From the NCBI GenBank assembly GCA_017499595.2, contig CM039001.1:3162001-3226000 (forward strand): DNA of 64,000 bases, in the 5' to 3' direction. The notes below the pieces were generated by a model. The model saw nothing but the letters and a program-made list of their open reading frames with translations. It did no database searches and was not told the origin of the DNA. Origin of the DNA: Psilocybe cubensis. Taxonomy: Eukaryota. A program made the position numbers and the translations under genes. This document shows, one piece after another, positions 14,207-26,600 of the stretch (position 1 is the first letter of the stretch; each line of letters starts with the position of its first letter).

Positions 14207-16143
14207 ATGAACGAGTCTCTGATTAGTATGTATAGATTTCGGATTTCAGCCAATCTTTGACTTAAACGCATGCTTTCAGACCCTTTTACGCTTTCGCATC
14301 CCACTGCAGTTCAAACATCCCTGTTTGCCGGGGCACTTTTCGCTAAATTCGACCCAACCGGGCGCTTCATCGCATCAGGACGTTTGAACGGTTCAGCTGA
14401 AATATGGGATCTCGAAACAAGAGCACCAATTAGGTGGTTAGATGGACACGTAAAAGCTATAACTAGCATTGAGTATGTTTCTCTACATCGTAACATTATG
14501 TTTCTTCTAACTCTTCGTGTAGCTGGTCGAGAAATTCTCGATACCTTTTGACCTCTTCAAAAGATTGGAATGTCATTATTTGGGATCTTTCTTCCACCTA
14601 TGATCCTCCTCAACGACAAAAATCCCTCCGATTTGACGTTCCAGTTGTTAGCGCCTCCTTTCATCCCAAAAATAGGTGAGAAAAGCGTTTTGGATTGCTG
14701 TTTTTTTATCTAACGCAACATTCCAGCCAAATCGTTTTAGTTTTGCTAGCAACCGGGGAAGCCTATGTTTGTGATTCGAGAAAACAGCACAGAACGCGTA
14801 CTGAGCTGTTAGAGCCGCTCCCTGATGAAGTAGAAGAAGACGAAGAGAATGCTGGACATGGCACTCAACGGTACGTCCAAAATCAAAGGCACATCACTAT
14901 GCATATTGATTTAATTCTAGCGCTGGGATGACAGTTGCCCGTTTTGACCCATCAGGTAAAAACATTTTTGTGGGTACTGATAATGGATACCTCCTTGTAT
15001 TTAACACACGGACGAAAATTGTTCGTTTACTATCTGAATTTCATGTCTTTTAACTTCGTTTAATAGTTATGGTTATAGATGATTGGACGGCACAAGATTT
15101 CTGGAGCAGGGATTATGAAGGGCTTTGATTTCACAAGATCTGGAAGGTGAGTCCATTCCTAACCACTTGGGAACTTTTACGGGTTGACTCATGATTATCA
15201 CTGTATGTAGACGTTTGGTGACAAACTCATCGGACAGAACATTGCGACAGTTCATACTTCCTACATACCCTTCACTTCCTGTCGACGCCGATCTGCACAA
15301 TCCGCCAAGTTTTTTAGATGTTGAATTGGAACCTACTCATAGATTCAACGACCCAATCAACAGAACAGCTTGGCATGCAATGTGCTACAGTCCTGACGGG
15401 GACTGGCTGGCTGGGGGTATAGTAATTCTAAACATTGCTTGAACTTGTTCCTGATATTCCGATGTAGGGGCCGCTGATCCCGCCGGCCATAAAATATACA
15501 TATGGGACATTTCGAATGACGGCGCTTTTGCCAGTGCCTTGGACGGAGGTCGCGAGCCACTGACTTACTTGCATGTAAGGATGTATTGCTCTATTTTGAA
15601 ATAACTTTATAATATCGATTGGCACAGTGGCATCCATCAAGATCTTCATTCGCTTCTACCACTAATCAAGGAAGCATTCTCATTTGGCATTGTCCAAATC
15701 CAGAACGATGGGGTGCATTTGCTGGTGGTTTTGAAGAGGTTGATGAGAATGTGGAATACGAGGAACGTGAAGATGAATTCGACATTGTATGCATGATATT
15801 GTTTATATCTCTCCTGCTTTTTTATTTAAACTGTTTACAGGAAGACGAAGCTGTCCAGTTCGAAAGGAAGATGAAGGCCGAAGAAGAGGAAGTGGATATT
15901 GACACTGTTGTGACTGGTACTCAAGCCGCGGTTGTTAGTAAGGGTACGCACAGCGGCAATATGGGTGGAGCTGCCACTCCAATCGGGACTGGAAATGGCC
16001 ATACAATGGACTTGGATAAGCTTGGATCTGGGATGGATGAAATCATCGACATTGAAACGTCGTGGGCGGAGGAAGAGCCAGACTTGGATATTCCAGGTGG
16101 ATGGAAGATGAAGGTGATAATGGAGTCTTCGGAAGATTATTGA
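14207..16143 (+). CDS. SWD1: COMPASS/Set1C WD40 subunit Swd1 (RBBP5), multi-exon
   Basis: MNESLINPF..., LDGHVKAITSI, LVTNSSDRTLR and the Swd1/RBBP5 acidic motif WGAFAGGFEEVDENVEYEEREDEFDI. Confidence 0.93.
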
Positions 16144-16663
16144 TGATGATGTTGCCAAAAAGTAATTCTTGACTCCGGCTTTCTAATGAAAATCATTCCT
16201 CACTCTCAGTCTAGTATCAAGACACACCGTCATCCCTCAAACATGCTCCACGTACATCGCCCAATTGACTTTACGTGCATTTTGTCCACTGTTTCGAAGC
16301 GATAGGCGGCGATATGCATCCTTTATGGCCGACATTGTTTACATATAAAATTACGACGCTTTGACAAGGTTCTAAATACCCACCAATCTCAAGACTACCA
16401 AACACAGCAAAACCTCTGACGACGCGTATACATGTCTCGACGATGCCATGACCGTGATTTGCGATCGAATATCTATTTGTGGTACTACCCCTTTCTGGAT
16501 TCAAAACCACGCCCGGGCAGATTTCTTCGCTCTTCCATCCCTCTTCCTCCTCACTCCCCCTATACCTTATACATCCCTTGACGGGGTAATTTGTAGACGT
16601 ATATCATAACAGTTCGCAACTTTATTGCACATCCTAGCCATCCACTCTCTCTTTGTCTGGCCA

Positions 16664-18475
16664 ATGGCGGAGCAGCAACACTCTCAGCGTCGGCACCCAG
16701 CTTCACTCTTACCTCTTGGGGAGCATAATCCGCATCTTTTGGCACTCGTTCAGAGACGCGTCTCTATGGATATGATTGAATATGTTGCCCGCCAAGCGTC
16801 AAAAGTTATCCGAATCGACGGCGAGTCTGAACCTGAGGATTCCAATGTGCCGATGGATTCTCAGCCTTTGCCCACTCCTCCCCAGACTCCTGTTAAGGTG
16901 AAGCCTTCAGTGCAAGTACCCTTGAAAGACATTCCAGGAGAAAAACCGCAGCCGGACCCTGTCCCTTTGCTCTCTCTGGAAAGCTTTATCTTGCACCTCG
17001 TACGGTGCTCGAATGTCCAAGTGGCAACGTTACTGACCACTTTGGTCTACCTTGAGCGATTGCGTACCAAGTTGCCTACTATGGCCAAAGGCTAGTGCAC
17101 AAGGTTTTGAAGGTTGTCTTGTACTAATTGAATGACCGCAGGTATGCCCTGTACTCGCCACCGAGTATTCCTCGCTACACTCATCGTCACTGCAAAGTAT
17201 CTGAACGATTCATCACCAAAGAACATCCATTGGTCGAACTATGCGGTTCTTTTCGATGTCGCCGAGATCAATTTGATGGAAAAACAATTGCTCTATCTTT
17301 TGGACTACGAGCTCCGCTTTGACGAAGAGGAAGTTTGTCAATTATTTGCTCCATTCATGGCCTCCTCCACCGATTCTAGCACAGTTGCTCGCGCTTCTGC
17401 TGTTAATAAAGTCGCGAAAGCTGGAAAGGCAAGAGCCGAAGCCCAGCAACAGCAGTCTCAGCCACAGCCCACCCCGGTCGAAGAAAAAGAGCCACAATAT
17501 CCCGCTCAGGCTCATATCGCTCCAAATACCGCTGGAGACGTTGGACCTACCTTGCCCTCATCGACACCATCAACCTCTTCTTTGACGTCGGCTGTTAGAG
17601 GTATTGCTCGCAAGTTGTCCACTGCACACCTTCGTCAGCCCGCCGCGACGACTGCGACTCTGTATTCGGGCGTCAGTACAGATTCAACTGCTTCAACCGC
17701 TTCGTCAACTTCGGATATTGCTTCACTTGTCGATGATAGCGGATCATGCTCATCGTCGTCAGGCTGGACGAGCAATGGATCGGATGTGGAGGAGGAACCT
17801 TTCAACAATTGTCAATCTGTAGGCATCGTCGAACCAAGTTCGTCATCTTCCCAACTTGGTCGCACAATTCCTGTCAATGCCGTTCTTGCCGGTCCTGGTA
17901 CTATGAAGAAGCCTTTCTCGTTGCGCCCGATACCCACCAATGCGCATAAAGCGAATAAAACAAGCACTCCTAACGGAAAGAACGACATAACGCCGACCAG
18001 AGCAAGGAAACCTTCCGATACGTCCTCCATCCACACTATCATTGGTTCGCCTCTCCTTTCTCGAAGGCATGCTATCAAACACCAGCCTACTGAGGGGAAG
18101 CGTTTGATTTCACTTTCTACCAAGGCTTCGTCTAGCTCTATCGCAAAGAAGAAAGAACACTTTCGCCTTCCGGCCAGTTCTACCATGCCTGCAATTTCAT
18201 TCTCCTCTAGTGTTGCCCAAAGTGTTAAGTTGCGCTCCGGCATTGCAGCCAATCGATCTGCATCTGGATCAGGCCAAGGACTTATGTCATCTCAGTCCTC
18301 TGGCAGCGTGGCTTCACAGTCATCGTCATCTACGAGAGGTGTTGGTGCGATCATTAGTAGGATGTGGGGTGCTGCTGCCGCAAACCTGAAGGGTGGCTCT
18401 CAGAATCATGCACCTGCTCCTCTTGAATCAGGGGCGCGCCCATTGACCAGCCGCCCGGAAGGCATGCCTGTTTGA
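16664..18475 (+). CDS. Pho85-type (Pcl1/2-like) cyclin with a long Ser-rich C-terminal tail; 2 exons
   Basis: Cyclin box LESFILHLVRCSNVQVATLLTTLVYLERLR..KGMPCTRHRVFLATLIVTAKYLNDSSPKNIHW..EINLMEKQLLYLLDYEL. One intron at 17091-17141 with a GC donor. Confidence 0.92.
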
Positions 18476-19365
18476 TGTTGTCAATCCGATTCTAACCTTT
18501 TCCACGGAAACCTGTTGATTTCCATCCATTTTTTTGTTTATCATTTCTTTTTGATCGTGTATGTTTCTTTTCTTTTTTCTCCTACTTTTTCATTGTTCCA
18601 TTTCTTTTGACCTCCTGATATTTTCAAACATTTATTTCATCTATCAAGTTCGCCCCGTCAAGCTGCTCCTTTTTCCGACTCGACCCCAACCAACGCCCAC
18701 CACTTCCCCCCCTCCATCTTTCCAATTTTTCCTCTGGGCCTCATTCTCAATAATGGAATTTGTTACCAATGTACATGACTATACTACCTCTCGTTCACTA
18801 ATCGTTTGCCAGCTCCCTGTGTCGCCATTTATAACATCTAGAATTACCCGACCCCACATCATCACCCTATACCTCCCTGCCTATCCATCCATCCTCCCTC
18901 GATCTTTCTCCCCCCCTTAGTTCCTAACTCCGACCTCGTTTCGTAGATAATGCACATGTACACTACTATACAATATCTTTGTACTTTTTATATACGCATC
19001 TCCAATATCAATTTTATGTACGATGATGCTCCGATTTCAGATTCCAATACTGAGTTAACCTGGACCTCAAATTTTATCCCCATCGCTCAGAGTCCAAGCT
19101 CGACTAAATACATACGCAAAAATACCCCTTTGAAGTGAGTACATCCATTCGAATATATAACGTTGATACAAACATCATATATTCCACCGAAATCATATTT
19201 TCCATAACTGCACATTGCCAAAAATTGGGAAGTAGATAATGAAAACAGAGTGACAGGCGCTGAGAGCTCGAAATGAGTAAACAGTCCTGGATTCATAAAT
19301 ACTCTAGTAAGATTCATCCCTATCTCGGCTACGAATTTGTCAGGGAAAGGAGAGCACATGAAGTT

Positions 19366-21836
19366 TTACTTTAACTCTGGTGAAGAAGCAGTAACAATAA
19401 ACTCCACGGTAGTATGATCTGAAGGCGTTGTCTGCTGCTCAGGTTCTGGAGATGATGCAAATTGCCTGGGCTGTACCAGATTGACCGGCATTGGCATTAT
19501 GGAGTCGGTGCCGCTGGAATCAGTGCCGTAGAGGAAGGCCCACCAATGAGGTGTGAATCTCAACCTGTTCTCATCGGTTCTTGCATACTGCGGTTCCCAG
19601 GCCTTCAAATAAACGAAGCGCGCCTCAAAGTCCCTATATGAGCCTTGAAATTGGTTGTAAATAACTTTCTTCTTCGAACGTATTATCGATAAAAGCCTTG
19701 CATGTGCGACAGTGACTTCGGAGTAGGCATCTAGGTAGTGCGCTGGAAGCATTTTAAGGGCCCGTTTTATCGGTTCAGCGAAGATGGCCGCATAGTAAAA
19801 CATAGCCATCGCGTTATGATATCGGTTTTCTGAAAACACCTCTCCTAGACCCGCGGTTATGCTTTCCATGAGAGTAGCATATGCATGTGATGCTTGTTGA
19901 TGGCCACGAGACTGTGAATCGACAAGGTCGGTATGTAGCCAACATATCTCGGTGCTAGCTTCTTCCAGGAAATTGGATATCCCAGGGTGAGCATGTAAAT
20001 TGCCAAAAAATAGACCTGTCTCCGTGGTTTTTACGTGGCGGAAGAATGATTCCATTAGAAGTAGGTATTGGCAAAAAATTGGGACTGTCATAAAACAAAA
20101 ATTAGCATTGCGCAAGTGGAGGTAACGAATTCATACCTTGCCGAGGGTCCGCAGAAGGTCCCACAGGAATCAAACGCAAATAACGCGGAAATGGATCATT
20201 GCCCTCAAGCATCAACGGGTATTCCCCATTTCGGGTATAGACGTAATGCAGTATGCGTATCATGACCTCCTGTCGATGTGGCCAATATTCAGGTCTAATT
20301 CCGTTTCGCACGAGGTAGTCCAAAAAGACAAGTTTGTTCCTTTCGTGGAGTAACTTGTAGGCTAACGATGGATCTTCTGCAGCAGTCGTTTCAGAATTCG
20401 GATACCAATCGAATACTGAGCTCCCAGTGGTTTCGTCATATAAAAATTGCCAATATCTGCTACCAGCACAAATGGTGATGTATGCCAAATTGGAAATATC
20501 GCTTTCTTGGGAGTCACCGTCTGCTATCGTTAACAGTTTGGATATGTCGCAGAAGCAATGATATACGTCAGGAATGAGTTTGCTTGGGTCGGGCTTGTTA
20601 ACTATTTTTCGTATGACTGCCGCTGTATCGTAAAGAGGAGGAAGTGCCTGTTCATCCTCATTAACACTTAGCCTCCAGGTTTCGCCTCCAAAATATTTTT
20701 CTTGGAATATAAAACGGGAGTACGAATCCCGAACTCTTAACCATGTCGAATCAATGGCCATCCATGTTTTCATCGACCACAACTCGGACAAATCGTTCCG
20801 CCGGTGATAATGTTTCCGATATTGCTGAAGCGGTATTGACAAACGTTCGCGTATCTTTTCGGATAGATGGATGGCTTGACAGAATCTGTAAGAGTACGAG
20901 CATATTGCCGCCAGAAAACGTGCAAAGTAGTGGGAAAACGAAACGAATGCTGCGCGAAATACCATTGCCTGTGGGGATTTGTAAGGGCATGGAGAAGGCG
21001 GTTCCTTGATGTCACTGAAAAACAACAGCGACATATAGAGAAGGTAAGTTTGAAATGTTGGGAAGGTAGTCGTGGCAATAAGAAAGAACAAAACAATGCA
21101 TATAGAGACAGTGACGGATGCGGCCACAGCCTTATTCCCAATTGCGTGTAGGAAGTCGATTATTCCAGCAAAGAACAGCACCAAAGCAATCTGTAAAAGC
21201 AGAGGAAGGAAAGTTAAAATTTTCCACACATGCCATCTTTCCATTCCTTCGTAACGCATATTTTGTATTGCAACTGTGTCCCTCGAATTTTGACCGGGAT
21301 ATGCCTGGTATTCTCTTAGCCACTGCATTGTCACGATGCCAACTAGAACGGTCGCCAGACTGAATATAAGACTAAGAAACCAAAAAATATTGACGCGAAT
21401 GGCGGATGGACTAGGTGAAAAGTTTTGCGATGGAAGCTGAGTAATCTGACCTGTCCCGTTGTTATAAGCAATCTGGGAGAGGAGGCTAATCACATCGTCG
21501 TCAGAATCCGGCTGTAGAGTCTTGTACGACTCAATGATAAATGCAGTCACAACGGCTGAGAACAGACCAGCCTAAGATGAATCAGTCCTCCAACGTTCGA
21601 AGCTCATTCAATCCAACTCACAAAAATCAACAGATTTCCGATTTCATCTTTCCACCCATCGCATCGCATCCTTTCCTTCTGCATCATCGGATCCAGTAAC
21701 TTTCTCCATGGATCGCCTTCAGTCTTTTTCGGGGCGAATTTGTAGTCGTCGTCCAGAGTCCACGGTTTGTCGAAGTTCTGCCATAAAACTTAGTATATAA
21801 CACAGATCCTATGATAAAACTCGCCTTTTCATCCAT
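19366..21836 (-). CDS. DUF6535-family membrane protein, multi-exon
   Basis: GDPWRKLL..RCDGWKDEIGNLLIF|AGLFSAVVTAFIIESYKTLQPD..PSPSAIRVNIFWFLSLIFSL..QWLREY..LPLLLQIALVLFFAG..PCPYKSPQA. The apparent frame break near 20100 is a GTATGA...ACAG intron. Confidence 0.85.
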
Positions 21837-22219
21837 GATAGCACTGGTTTGGTACGTGGAACGATCGTGGAAAGTTCATTGTTTGAGCCTGCAACATGCT
21901 GCAACTTGGCTGCAACGTTGGTTTAATTTCAAGTCGACCTTTTCTACCGGAGCTTCAATCTCGAAGAGAAGTAACTGCGCCCGCGGCGAATAGCATTGTG
22001 ATAATTGTTAGGCATATTGCAACTACCTTGAATGGTAATGCCATGCAGTCATTGGCTGGATTGTACTTTATTGAGTTCAATGGGCATCGCGAGATGGAAC
22101 AGCGGACTAATAGTGATGTCAATCGGAGATCAAATATTAAGAAGCCGCGAGCCCTTAACTAATATGACTATCTGACAAATCCTATCTAATGGATAAGCAC
22201 CTTCTTAACCGTTCATTCC

Positions 22220-23650
22220 ATGATGCCGCCGACGTTCAACGTACCTCAAGAATTGATCGAGCTCATAATTGACGAAGTAGCCTGCATCGAGGACGACACT
22301 CAACGCTTATCAGCATTGCGCTCATGCTCTCGAACTTCGTGGTCATTTCTAACACCTTGCCGCCAATATCTCTTCGCAGAGGTCACTCTCATCGAAGACG
22401 CTGGTGACAATAGAAAAGAGAGCTTGAAGGCACGATTACGGCTTCAAAAATTTCTCCAGCTGCTCCAAAATGACCCTTACTTGCACTCGGAACATCATCA
22501 ACTCTCATCGCACATCAAGACCTTGAAAGTCGAATTATCTTTTGCTCGCGCTGCGAGCAATAAGCGAGGCTTCAGGGAACAAAACCGACAGTGTGCAGTC
22601 CTACCGTCAATTCTAGAAATGATGCATCACGTTCATAAATTTGGACTGTATTCTGAGCCCGGGCCTGTTTCCGTTTCTTGGGACCTTGTGGATGACTCTC
22701 TCAAGGACTCTCTGACGCACTTCTGCAAATTACAGCCGATAGCGACCATGGAATTGTACAACATCAGCGAAATTCCTGTCACCTTAATGACTGATTGTCT
22801 GGGTGTTGTTTCATTATCAGCTCGCGGTCTTACAGGGCTTACAGGCATCACTGAACAGGGACCTCGCACCCATTCCCAATCACCTTTCTCCATGCTTGAG
22901 AATTTAACTGTGGCATTCTCACCGCAATTTTTTGATTTTCTACAAAGTGTACCATTTAGCACTCTCAGCACCTCGAAACTTCCATATTCATCTCTGAGAA
23001 GGCTTGAAACCTCACTGGGCAGAAATGAATGGGACTTCATTCGTTCGGTACCCTCTTTGTCACATCTCTGCATTAGCCGCACTTCAGGTGAACAAATCAT
23101 ATTCTCCCTGTGTCGGTGCATCTGACTGTCTGTTTTATATTTCTTAGAAACTTTCAATCGATATTCTTACCTAGACTTTCGTCGCCTACAGACACTACAT
23201 CACCTAAAACTCAAATGGGACTTTGGCAACACCGTCGGCCTTAAGACTCTTCTTCCGGTGATTGCCTGGCCAAAGCCTGGGGCAGATCCTCAATTCGAAG
23301 ATACCACCCTTCCCCAAACTGTCCCCATCACAACGCTGGAAATATTTGGCCAATGGAACTTTTGCTCTAGAAAAAATGAACAACAACATTTCATGGCCAG
23401 CGCAGGATGGAACGCATTAGATACCGTTCTCTCAGGAAACATGTTCCATAACCTCTGCTTTATCCATTTCGACTTATCGCTCCATTACACAGAGACACCG
23501 ACCTCGCCGAAGTCCGTTGAGAAATATCTCTTGAATAAAATTTCAGCAAAACTTTCCCAATTACTTCCTGTCCTTTCAAAGTCACCCTCGACTGACGTTC
23601 AACTCGAGATTCACGTCGTAGGTCACGACGCTCTTTCCAGGACTTCATAG
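22220..23650 (+). CDS. F-box-like protein (agaric expanded family), 2 exons
   Basis: N-terminal VPQELIELIIDEV..ALRSCSRTSWSFLTPCRQYLFAEVTL, an LRR-like middle and C-terminal WNALDTVLS..F.NL. Intron at about 23087-23148. Confidence 0.8.
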
Positions 23651-26600
23651 CGTATTTCTCTACCCGACCAATGTCGCATGGTGCTTTACAGGTGAGCAGA
23701 GTTAGCAGATGCTATGGTCAAACTCTTTTTTTCCCCCATTGACAAAACCTACCAACAAATGTCTCTATTATCATCTTTCTGTTTTTATTTGAATTCCATC
23801 CCGACTTCCGACTCGTTGGCCCTGGCTAAGGCCTCGAGACGCGCCATGTTTTTGGAAATTCAATGGTATGATTACTGTGATAACTCAGAAACGTGTCCTA
23901 TGATTCATGTAGGCGCCCGCACCGGCTAGAGATTGACCCGACTATCCCAAAGCACTGCGTTTTCAACAGTCTCCGCTCTACCTCGAGGATTTTGAATTTC
24001 ATTACCAGGACGCGATCACTACTAAAATGTGAACTGTTTATCGATTACATCGGGATATATTGGATATATCCTGACATGCCATTTCAACGTTTCCACGTCA
24101 GGGTATGTGTCAGGAAATCACAACGATTCTCTTGAATGTTTCTAAACTCTCCACGTTATGACGAAATGCGCTTGATGTGTCCCTTCTCAATGAGCCATTC
24201 AAGCACTGGCTTATCGAAAAGTACGCATCTCCATTTAGGTGTTTATCGTGCTGGATGCTACACATTCAGTGGTATATCGCGAATATCCATTGCTCTCCAT
24301 TTTTGCGTTAGGCCCCTGTATCACCTTATCTTTTTGATATTATCGGACCGATATTCTTTCAGTAACTAAGTCTCCAGTCTTTTGTATTACACCAGTGCGA
24401 TTCTTGGCAAGTCGTGGTTCTGTGGCCAGTCTCAAGTCATTGTGTACTAATGTCACGCCTTATTTTTCTTTCATCTAGACGTGGCGATTTAACAGACGAA
24501 CGAAGACAGAAGTTTAGGAGAAGCATGCGTAAGCTAGGAAAAGGCTCAGCTGATACCTCCGACTGAACCACACGACTAAGGAGTCAAATGTTCATAAATG
24601 CGAAGATAAGATCTCTTTCAGGAAGTCAGTCTGATTGATAGATAACACGATTTACTGAATTTACTGCCCGATCCGTTGAGTGATCATGTACGCTCGACCT
24701 GTGATATCCCAACGACAAGCATTTATGTGGATACAAAGAATCAATAGCCCTCCAGAAGTCCCTGGTTCGACATCACATCGAGAGATATATATGTATACAC
24801 GACATGATTACTTATAATCCATGGACTGGAGAGGTTCCGAGGAGACAAGATTTCTTCGGTAAATCTGGTGTATATAAATTATATCCATGTGAACCACCAC
24901 AAGCCAGGTGTGGACGAGTGATCAACAGCGCTTGCGAGAGTCACACTAAAATTGAAAGATACTGGAATAAACGTCAGGAACGTACGAGGGTGTGAACCTT
25001 CCGTCAGTGGGGCATATAACTGACTTTCAGGGATTGGGCGAGGTTCCCGCGACGCTACTGATTGTCTTTCGTGCAAGTGTGGAGATGTTTATCCCATGAC
25101 CTCTACGTCAGACAAACGTAGTTGGGAAGGCCTTGGCTCAAATACTATGAAAATCTGTCTGCTAATTACGCGTCATAGCTCGATAATCCGATGAGGGGCA
25201 TTGCCGAAGAACTTTCAAAGCAAGTCAATGGTCGTTCTAAAAATAGACCCAAGAAGGAGTGGTTATTTATTGTGCACATAAGAAAAAATGAAGACAAGGT
25301 TCGGAAATACCCAGGTTTCTTAAGCTTCTGGCATCGAGGAAGTCAAATAGGAAGCCATAGTATGACAGAAGCGATGCATGTGCTACTAGACGAAATGCAG
25401 ACTTAAGGGACCGGAGAAACGTTCTGTGGCACCGCGGCATGCGCACATGCAGTCGTTATAAATATTTACTATGGTCCATTCATAATATAAAATCAGTCAA
25501 CCAGAATTCATTTTTAGGCGCCAAGTAGGTGGGAGTGTCTTTTCCACGATCAGCAAGGCGGCGGGTGGGTACTTCCAGATTAAATAATATACTTGCCATG
25601 GTGTACTCAAAAATAACGACGTAGTGATGTTTTAATCCTGGAGACGTCCTGAAACAGTGACCTTGCAATAAGGTAACAACAGCCTCCGTGCTGCAGGAAA
25701 AGAGGAGAAAAAACGTCATCTTGAGCAAGAAGGTTTGAGAACGAGTGCATGACGTTGCATGAGTTGTAATGACCTGCAAAGAATTTCAAGGTTCCGATGA
25801 CCCATCGCCGTCAAGTTCGTTCCTTTGAGATGTCTGGAGACTGGCATCAGAAATGAATCATGTAGCGGCACACACAAACCCAATACTCATGCCGATGGTA
25901 CCCGGTCTGAACTCAATAGAAACAGTAGCCTCATGTCAAGGTGCTGAAAGGCGCTGCGCAATGTGGGGGTACCCGAAATTCTGTAATGGAGGTACTAGGT
26001 GACAGTCCGAATTGGCAATGTTATTTCAGGAACTGAGGTGAGCGAGTAGTACGTCTGAGAGCAGGGATCTAGAGCTCAGCGTATTTTTTTCTAAACCTGA
26101 CTTTTGAAAGTACGGGGATCACCAGGAAGGAGTTCAGTGAGGTACAAAAAAGGGACAGCCTTTCGCTGGCAGCCGCTCAAGCTTCGAGGTATTTAAAGCG
26201 ATGTAATTGTGCGAAGCTCTAGTGTGAGCTTCACTAGCCCGCCAAACACTGGCTTGTGATTGTTCGTGGTTTTATCTGAGATTTTGCTACAGTAGAGCGG
26301 CTCCTAGGAACACACACCGCGGTGTTCCTGGGATTCAAAATCATCCTACTTATAACTCGTGAAACTTAAGGACAGTCGGTGAAGGAGGTTTCTCGGTCGT
26401 CCTACTTTAAAGTAGTCAAGGAGACTCAAGAGCGGCGTGTGCTGAAGCCACTCCCACTCTAACTTGAGCGTTTCTTTTACCCAGGCTGTCAAAGGCGAAG
26501 AGCTAACTTAGCAGATTTCCCCTAAGTCAAATGTCATATCCGTCACGACACAGCGATGTCGAGTATTTTCAGCTCGGTCTTTGAGGAAAACTTTCGCACC

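Noticed and set aside
20085-20140. Apparent frameshift between the 482-aa and 249-aa ORFs
   Set aside because: Explained by a canonical GTATGA...GCTAAT...ACAG intron.
26302-26333. 12-bp hairpin (also small hairpins at 5463-5489 and about 27548-27573)
   Set aside because: Isolated short inverted repeats of this size are expected by chance in 64 kb and have no supporting context.
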